From Squalus acanthias (Eukaryota): DNA of 64,000 bases. A program made the position numbers and the translations under genes. The notes below the pieces were generated by a model. The model did not search any database, was not told the DNA's origin, and was given only the letters and a program-made list of their open reading frames with translations. Shown piece after piece: positions 39,252 to 47,222 of the stretch (position 1 is its first letter; each line of letters opens with the position of its first letter). The stretch spans positions 186,001-250,000 of the forward strand of contig CM059433.1 of NCBI GenBank assembly GCA_030390025.1. Reading direction: 5' to 3'.

Positions 39252-40616
39252 TGTAGAATTCGCAATATATCGCGATTTTATAAATAAGGAGAAAACACAT
39301 AGTTTCGTTCGAGCGGCTCTGTTTCAGCAGAATGCTGTCAGGTTTTCGGGGTGGACACGGGCAGCCTGTGAGGTGGCCGCCGAGCATCGTGGCAGAAGCT
39401 TCCAGAATACAGTGGGCAGACAAGATGGCGTTCGAATAAACATTTCAGTATCAGATTGGTTAATACGCAGCAAACACTGATAAAGACAGGATGCAACCTG
39501 TCTGCATTCGACACAATAGCAAAGATATAAGTGCTGGAATCATTTTCCATGCACAAGTAAGGACCATTGTAATGGGCAATCGAAGGCCCATCCAGACACA
39601 GCAATACACATATCAGTATTCGAGAAGGCCCCAAGCCCAGTCAGGGAGACTCCTAGCCGGCTCGACAATGGGGAAAACATTAACGGCTACTTGGCCAGTT
39701 TAAGGTGCTACCGAAACCCATTAAAGGAAAGAATCGCCCCATGCTGGGAGTTTTGTGCACCAGCATTTCACAAAGGACAAACATTAAGATTTGAGCGGGA
39801 GATAAGGGAACACAGCACTATAACTATAGTGAACAAATGTCCATCAAGGGCTTATTCTCTGGATTCGACTTATATCTCTGCTGACTCTTGACTCGGGCTG
39901 GACTCTTGACTGATTGATCTCGCTGATGACTGCTGAACTTTTATTCTCCTATTCTGATCCTCGGGTATCGCTCTGCTGGACGAGCAGCCTTCTGTTTTTC
40001 TCTGGACTCTGTTGACTACGAGACGAGACGAGAAGAAGAGGAGAAGAATCCACGTACCGCCACGGTCAGTAAACCCCGACCGCGCCCGAAAATACAAGAA
40101 AGAACTGCAGCGAAACGAGCCGAGTGCCTTACTTTAAAATTCTCCGAAGTATCACGAGTGGTGAGCATGCTTCCTCGATCCTACAAATCTAGATTAGTGT
40201 AGGTATTAATAGGGGAGGGTGGTTTTATTAAGGATAAATATAATGTGTTCCCCTTTTTACAATGTGCCGTGCGTTCCTCGTTTCCCTGAAATTAGTCACA
40301 TAACTGCGTGTAAGATTGTACTGTCATTAATCTGTGCTTATGACATGTATTTCGTAATCTTAAATAATATGCAATAAAGATTTTCCATTTCGTACCATTC
40401 AACCGGGTCTACCTGAGTTTTCTCTCCATTACTGCTCTCGCATCTAAGTCCAGTGTCAGAACCGTAAGGGCGAGTGGGTCGAACCACTCACAGGTGTCTA
40501 GTGCTCCCAGACTGGCTGGAGACCAGAACAGGCAACAAGGCCTAAACTCGCACTAGCATCCAGGCTGAGCACAGAGCCACACGAATCTCACAGGTTGAGA
40601 GACAAAAACCCTTACA
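39252..40616 (+). repeat. 5' LTR of provirus B (1365 bp)
   Basis: TGTAGAA...CCTTACA. TATAA at 39819, AATAAA at 40373. Direct repeat of 50024-51385. Confidence 0.96.
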
Positions 40617-40620
40617 GAAA

Positions 40621-42426
40621 ATGGCGACCGCGGCACGAGGCTGGCAGCGAGAGGGTAATGTGTTAGACTTTGGTATGAATGTACGAAATGTCATGCAAGA
40701 GAAAATAGCAGATTATGTGTTCGGAAAAGTAAATTTGACTAAGAAATGGATAAGTGACCTGTTAGCGGATAAGAGTCCACTAGAGGCAGCCGAGAGGTGG
40801 ACAGATAGTAAGGAACATAAAAAGACAGTCGAGAAAGCGGTCTGGTTAATGTGTTATAAAAGGCAGGTCCAGATTTCAAACCAGGTCATTACAGCGCAAA
40901 CAGCTCGGATCAGGCATTTAGAGGAGGAAATGGATGAGAAGGTCTCTGGAGGGGAGTTGCTCATTAGGAATTTAAGAGCGTTGCACCAAGAACGCCAGGA
41001 AGTCACCAGTCACCATAAAGCAAAAATAGATTACCTCGAGTACCAGGTCACTGAGGCAAAGTTAAGTGAGGGCAGACTAAAGGAACGATGTGCCCGCCAA
41101 GCTGCCCAAATAAAAGCCCAGGAAGAGAGCTTAACGGGGGTTAGGGCGGCATATAAGATGGCCCTTGAGGATAAATTTCAGGGGGCCGATCATAGCGTCT
41201 GCCAAAAGGAGATAGAGCACCTTAAAAGGGCCGTGAACAAAGCGCACGGCATGGTGTGCCTTATCAGTCCGTCAGCACACCAGCCGCTAGTAAATGAGGA
41301 GTTTCAGAAATTCCCACCCAATAAAGCAAAGGAAGTATTAGCCACTACGCCCTCCGCGCCACCCAGCTATTCGGAAACCTGGGTAAGGGAGGAAGTAGTA
41401 GAAGAAACGAAAGAGCCCACTGAGGGAGAAGTGGAAAAGGGACCGTTGTGTCCGGTTACGGGTATAAAAAGGGGCCCAAACAGAAACGGTGGGGAAGAAG
41501 GGGATCTCCTCAACCAGCTTGTGTTGCCTCACAGCTCACACCAGCTGAGAGTTATGATAAATCACGTACGGAAGCTGACCGAGTCAGACGACCCTTCCGT
41601 ACATTTCAGAGAAGTTGAGCAAACCGCAGCCATTAACGGCTGCGACGATGGGGAAACAGCAAAAATGCTGTTATTTTCGTTAGGCAGTTCAATCCTTCAG
41701 TGTCTCTCGGACGAGAGCAAGAGGGGAACCAAGACCTATGAGGCATTAAAAAATGAGGTCCTAGAAGTATTGGGGACGGACGATGAAGGTCCGTTTGTTA
41801 GAGTGGGACAGACAGTGCAGATGGAGGGAGAACCCCCGAAGGTTTTCGCCGACAGGCTGTGGCCAGTATATCAGCGCAGCTGCCCAGGTGCGCCAGAGCG
41901 CGACGCTGTGGACGGCATCGGTTTAACTCATTGGCTTAGGTGTATAGTAGCCAACAGTTTGCCAGCCGTCAGAGAGCAGGCAAAAGCGTGGTTTGATCCC
42001 ACTGACCCCAACATTACGGAGGAGTCGGTCTTAAATCGACTCACGGTAGGATACCGTAATATCAGGGGTATGGGAACACGTCCCCTTAAGGGAAAAGTAC
42101 ATGAGGTACGACCCGCAGCCCCGGCTCAAAGGGAGTGGCATCAGGAGGGTAACCGCGCCCCGCAGGCAAATAATGCTTGTTACGGGTGTGGGAGGACAGG
42201 GCACTGGCGCAAGAACTGCAGGAACCCTTGGAAGGATTCCAGGGATAAAAATCCCGCAGCCCGAGCCCAGATGCCTGTCTCTGTTAGGGAAGCTAGTGCA
42301 CCCACCCCTCCCGACGACCTCGAAACAGTGTTGGGAGCCATGCGCAACTTCATGAGTGCACATGGAAAAGTGGCGGTTGCTACCGGCCCCGTAGGTGCCG
42401 CAGGCCCGTCTAACAATACCCAATGA
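40621..42426 (+). CDS. gag: Gag, 601 aa (N-terminal coiled coil, PSAPPSY late domain, capsid-like region, one CCHC knuckle)
   Basis: Open ORF directly after the LTR. Contains CYGCGRTGHWRKNC and is homologous to provirus A gag. Confidence 0.93.
   Translation: MATAARGWQREGNVLDFGMNVRNVMQEKIADYVFGKVNLTKKWISDLLADKSPLEAAERWTDSKEHKKTVEKAVWLMCYKRQVQISNQVITAQTARIRHLEEEMDEKVSGGELLIRNLRALHQERQEVTSHHKAKIDYLEYQVTEAKLSEGRLKERCARQAAQIKAQEESLTGVRAAYKMALEDKFQGADHSVCQKEIEHLKRAVNKAHGMVCLISPSAHQPLVNEEFQKFPPNKAKEVLATTPSAPPSYSETWVREEVVEETKEPTEGEVEKGPLCPVTGIKRGPNRNGGEEGDLLNQLVLPHSSHQLRVMINHVRKLTESDDPSVHFREVEQTAAINGCDDGETAKMLLFSLGSSILQCLSDESKRGTKTYEALKNEVLEVLGTDDEGPFVRVGQTVQMEGEPPKVFADRLWPVYQRSCPGAPERDAVDGIGLTHWLRCIVANSLPAVREQAKAWFDPTDPNITEESVLNRLTVGYRNIRGMGTRPLKGKVHEVRPAAPAQREWHQEGNRAPQANNACYGCGRTGHWRKNCRNPWKDSRDKNPAARAQMPVSVREASAPTPPDDLETVLGAMRNFMSAHGKVAVATGPVGAAGPSNNTQ
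40622..40635 (+). promoter_or_regulatory. Primer-binding site, probably tRNA-Arg
   Basis: TGGCGACCGCGGCA, 5 nt after the LTR. Complementary to the 3' end of vertebrate tRNA-Arg(UCG) as recalled (...UGCCGCGGUCGCCA); not database-checked. Confidence 0.75.
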
Positions 42427-45400
42427 CTAGAGCCCGCGCAGCCCGTCTACCTGTGTCCGCTCAGCTATGATGCGTGGAAGCGACCCCTGGTGGAAATGGA
42501 GGTAGAGAAACAGAAGGGTAGTTATTTGTTGGACACGGGAGCTTCTTGCACCGTGATTCATACAGATAGCCCTTTTGACTTCGCCGCTATCTACCAAGGT
42601 CCCATTCACATTAGCGGGGTTCACGGGAAAAGAACAGGCTGGCGCGTTCTCCCTTCCGCTATCCATTCGTTTGGGAGCACTTCACATCAAGTGGAAGTGC
42701 ATACTGATGGAATGGCAGGAGGGGGGTGGAAGAGGTATCCTCGGGTCCGATCTCCTATCAGGACACGGGATCCTCGTGGACCTCAGAAATCACTGTCTCT
42801 GGGGGGCTAAGAGTGAAAAAGGCGAGGTAGTGGTAATTCCGGGGGAGGAAGAAACAGGGGTCCTGTGTACCATGCAGCCATCCGGAGGCTACGACCTCGG
42901 GCTTATGGTCGCAGATGTCCCAACGGACATGCAAACGTACGTGTCAGATAATATGCACGCGTTTGCAACCCACAAGCACGATTGTGGGAGGGTTACCGGG
43001 TTTGAGGTCAGCGTAGATGGGGACCCCATGACCCGGCCCCAAAAGCAGTATAACTTCCCCAAAGAAGCAGAACCCGATATGGAGACAGCAATGTCCTCCT
43101 TGGTGCAGCAGGGCGTGTTGAGGCCAATAGCCACACACGTGAACTCCCCATTATGGCCGGTTAGGAAGCCGGATAATTCGTGGAGGGCCACGGTGGACTA
43201 CAGAGTCCTTAACAGTAACATTCCCGCCTGCGCGCCCACGGTAGCAGCAGTTGCTGACCTAATAGGGAGTATCAAAGCGTCCGCGACCACGTTCACGGTG
43301 CTGGATATCTCGAACGGTTTTTGGTCCATCCCGCTGCGGCGAGAGGACCAGTACAAGTTTGCCTTTACTTTCAAAGGACAACAGTACACATGGAACTGTC
43401 TGCCACAGGGTTTCCACAATAGCCCCAGTATTTTCCATCAGTGTATGGCAGGAAGTTTAAAGGAGTTTAGTCAGCCCAATCAGATAGTGCAGTACGTGGA
43501 TGATTTGCTCCTATTTACGGATTCAAGGGAGGAGCATGGACCACTACTGGCCGAGTTATTGGAGCTGCTAGCGAGAAAGGGTTTTAAAGTAAACCCTAAG
43601 AAAGCACGTATCGGTCAGCAGGAAGTAAAATTCCTGGGGCTGACCATTCGCGCTGGGGAAAGAGCCATAGATAAGGCTAGGAGGGAGTCGGTGCAAGAGT
43701 TACCGATTCCCAACAACATAAGGGGTGTGAGGTCCTTCTTGGGACTGACCGGTTACTGCAGGGATTTTATCGAAGACTATGCGGCCACAGCGGCGCCGCT
43801 CCTCCGACTCCTCCATAAGGGAGTGGAGTGGTCTTGGGACGAGGGCTGCCAAGCAGCCTTCGAGAAGTTAAAAAGGGATCTGCAGACCGCGCCAGCCTTA
43901 GGGGCCATAGGTGGGGGGAAGGAGTTTTTCCTGGAGGTAGCTGCCAGCGGGGACAGCTTGAGCGCTGTGCTGCTCCAGGAGCGCCACGGCAAGCTGAGGC
44001 CGGTTGTCTACTCGTCCAGGGTGTTAACGGATGTGGAGAGAAGTTTCTCCAATTGCGAAAGGCACCTTTTAGCCACGCATTGGGCTGTGAAAAGATCAGC
44101 GATCTTCACAGGGCTCTCTCCCATCACTCTCCTCACCCATCACACACCAACTAAGATGCTTTTAGATGGGAGGATTAAAGATGGGACCGTAAGCAGCGTG
44201 CGCATTGCGCGCTGGACCCTTCTTCTTTCCCAGATGGATCTTAGAGTAAAAGGTCTTTGCGAGCCCAGGCTTGCGGCCAATTTGGTATACCCCGGTACAG
44301 CCCACCGATGTTCGGTGGAAGGGGTGTGGGACGTCAACATAGGTTTGCGGGCCGGGATACATCCCACTGGGCGCGAGATTTATGTTGATGGTTCCAGCAC
44401 AGTATCTGCTGGCGAACGACTCACAGGGTGTGGAGTTTATGACCCTGCGGCAAACCTTGCCCTGGCGATCAAGCTCCCTAGCACCATGAGCGCGCAGCAG
44501 GCTGAGCTGTCTGCTGTGGTGTACGTTGTTACCCACCCAGACATTTTCCCAACCCCATACACGATTTGCTCGGACAGTATGTTCACATGCAATTCGTGTA
44601 CGGAATACCTGGCCATTTGGTCCCGCCGTGGATACACCTCCGCGGACGGGCGACCTTTAACGGTGAAGCCCTTGCTGGAAAAGATCCTTGCAGCAGTAGG
44701 GGAGGAAGGGGAGATTTTCATCCATAAGGTGAAGGCTCACTCCTCCACGGAGCCCCGTGGGGAGGGCAACCAGCAGGCGGATGCGCTAGCCAGGGAAGGT
44801 GCCCGCAACGGCATTTTCTGGGACCCCTATGGGACCAGACCCATGGCAGCGATCCAAGGCAGGGACGGGAATCCCGGGAACTCCAGGGTAGCATTGCCCC
44901 TAGACCTTAAGACCGTCCAAACCCAGGATCCCGCCCTAAAAGCAGTCCTAAAAACCCTTGCTGAGGGGAAGCAGGTAGAGGGTCCGTACAGTACGGCAAC
45001 CCTCTCAGTTAAGGAAGGCATGCTGTTCCGCGAGGAGCAGTGGGTTGTGCCGCAGCAGCACAGGAGGGAATTCCTCCAGTTGGCTCACGAGGGACCAGGG
45101 GCAGGGCACCCCGGGCCCGAGGTTACCTGGCAACGGGTAGAGCAAGCGGGATGGTGGCCAGGGCTCAGGGAACAGGTCCGCGAGTTCTGTGCAAGCTGTC
45201 TCGTGTGCGCTGCAAACAACCCAGACCCCCAGAAAAGGAAAGTGCCCATGGGGCACGTAAGAAGGGTAGAGGGACCATGGCAGTCGATACAGATCGACTA
45301 TATAGGGCCCCTGCCCACCACCCAGGGAGGCTATAAATACTGCCTCGTCTTGGTGGATGTGTTTTCCAAATGGGTGGAAGCCTTCCCCTGTCGAACAGCT

Positions 45401-46915
45401 ACGGCACTGGGTACTGCAAAAATCTTGGTCAGGGAAGTGTTCTCGCGGTGGGGACTCCCCCGTTTTGTGGAGTCAGACCAAGGGAGTCATTTTACCGGCC
45501 AGGTGATGCAGAACACCCTCATGCTTTTGGGCATTGAAGGGAAATGGCACGTAGCACACAATCCCCAGTCATCCGGGATTGTTGAACGCATGAACCGGAC
45601 CCTGAAGGAGAAATTGAGGAAAGAGACTAGGAACTCGCCCCAAAAATGGGCGGAGGTTCTGCCTTTAGTCCTCATGGGGGTCCGGGCCAGTCAGTCGAAA
45701 AGTACGGGGTATTCCCCGCACGAGGTGATGACTGGGAGGCTCATGCGAACCCCCACCCATGTGCTAGCGCCGGTGCTCACTGAGGGTCAGCTCCAAGAGA
45801 TAAGCAGGGACAAGTTCGCCCAGACCCTCTTGGAGCGCCTAAAACAGGTGTATGAGCAGGCGGCTGGGAACATGGGAAGGCAGCATCAGGGCAATCGCCT
45901 GTTGCTGGAACCCCGCAAAACGCGGGAGTGGGAAGTAGGAGACCAGGTTATGGTCAGAAACTACGCCAGAGTAGGGAGTCTGGAACCACTGTATATGGGA
46001 CCCTACAATATTGTAGATAAGGCGAGTCCCATGGTATACGCCGTAAAGGTACCTCGGCGCACTAAGTGGTTCCACGTAAACCAGTGCAAACTGTACAAGC
46101 CAGGTGCACAAGGGAAAACCACAGGGGAAAAACCTGCGAGTGGGGACTCGCAGCCCCAGGTAGGACCACAAGGCACACAGGCAGGCAAAGCAGCTTGCAT
46201 CAGGGAAGGAGGCATCCTGGAAAATTGTGAAACATTTTTGTGGGGTTGGGAGTCAGATGAGGGAGAGTTCCAGGAACTCGAGTCAGATGAGGATAGTGAT
46301 GAGGACGAGTGGGAATCGGGGAACGCAAGGGTCGCCCCCGATTCAGGTATAGGGAGGACAGGGGCTGCAGATAGAGATCCACACAGGGTGGACACCGAGG
46401 CTGCAGGTCCCGAACACAGGAGGGAGGAGCTAGGGGAGGCGGAGCCAGCCACTGTGGGACCACAGGGCGTGACGGTGAAAACCTCAGAGCCCGAGCCGCC
46501 CGCCTTGAACGTCCTGCCCTCGGGGGAGGTAGGGATTGCGAGTGAAGGGCCGCCTGCTGGGCCGAGCAGGGCGGTGCCACAAGCTGCAAGTCCCGAGGTC
46601 AGGGAGGCGGAGTCAGGGGAGGCGGAGCCAGCGACTGTGGTGGGACCACAGGTCGTCCCGGTGGAAGTCTCGGAACCCGGTCCGTCGGTCCTGGGATTCC
46701 TGCCCCCGACAACTCCTCGTAGGTCAGGTCGAGCACCCCAGCCCAGGAAAATGTGGTCATGTCCCCAGACTGCCCCAAGGCGCAGGCTTAAGGTTAAGGC
46801 AGCCCAGGTAGGGCCCAGTCCCATCGCAGCAGCAACAGGCTGCGGCAGATCAAAGGAAGGGGTCAGTGCCCTCCCACCGTCAGGAAGAGCTCGCAGCAGC
46901 CTTCTCAGAATTTAA
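42427..46915 (+). CDS. pol: Pro-Pol (protease, RT, tether RNase H, RNase H, integrase with GPY/F motif, long acidic tail); one extra T at 42573-42576 shifts the frame
   Basis: LLDTGA is in the gag frame after TGA. The 1446-aa ORF from 42575 has LDISNGFW, LPQG, YVDD, IYVDGS...AQQAEL...SDS...KVKAH, H-H-C-C, DYIGP/SDQG/VERMN and GPY. Confidence 0.93.
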
Positions 46916-47222
46916 AGGGGCCGCCCTGGGAACGGGCGGCGCTGTACAGTTATAGTTTTAGATAAGTTTATAAGTTTCTAAGTTTATAGTTTAAGGTTAA
47001 GAATAAGTTTATAGTTTTAAATCAGGTTAAGTTTGTAGTTTAATTTTAACAGAAAACGGTAAAATGATGGGAGCTTTAGAGATAGGTTTAGTTAAAGTTT
47101 ATTCAGCGAACATTGAAGTTTACGTGAGGCGAGGTCAGGGGACCCGCTCACCCTTCACAAAAGCCAGAGACCCTTGCGAGGCTGGCTACCTCATTCTATC
47201 TGATCACAGGAACCAAGGAAGG

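Noticed and set aside
39491..40097. Short ORFs in the LTR as accessory genes
   Set aside because: Short, mostly non-ATG starts, no recognisable motifs, and not evidently preserved in the related LTR at 1-1259.
42571..42580. Programmed +1 frameshift in protease
   Set aside because: Provirus A is in frame here, so a 1-nt insertion or sequencing error is simpler.
46003..46824. 273-aa antisense ORF over the pol tail
   Set aside because: GC-rich low-complexity region with no counterpart in provirus A.
47064..47222. Upstream ATGs as the env start
   Set aside because: Not conserved in provirus A. The signal peptide and splice acceptor point to 47223.
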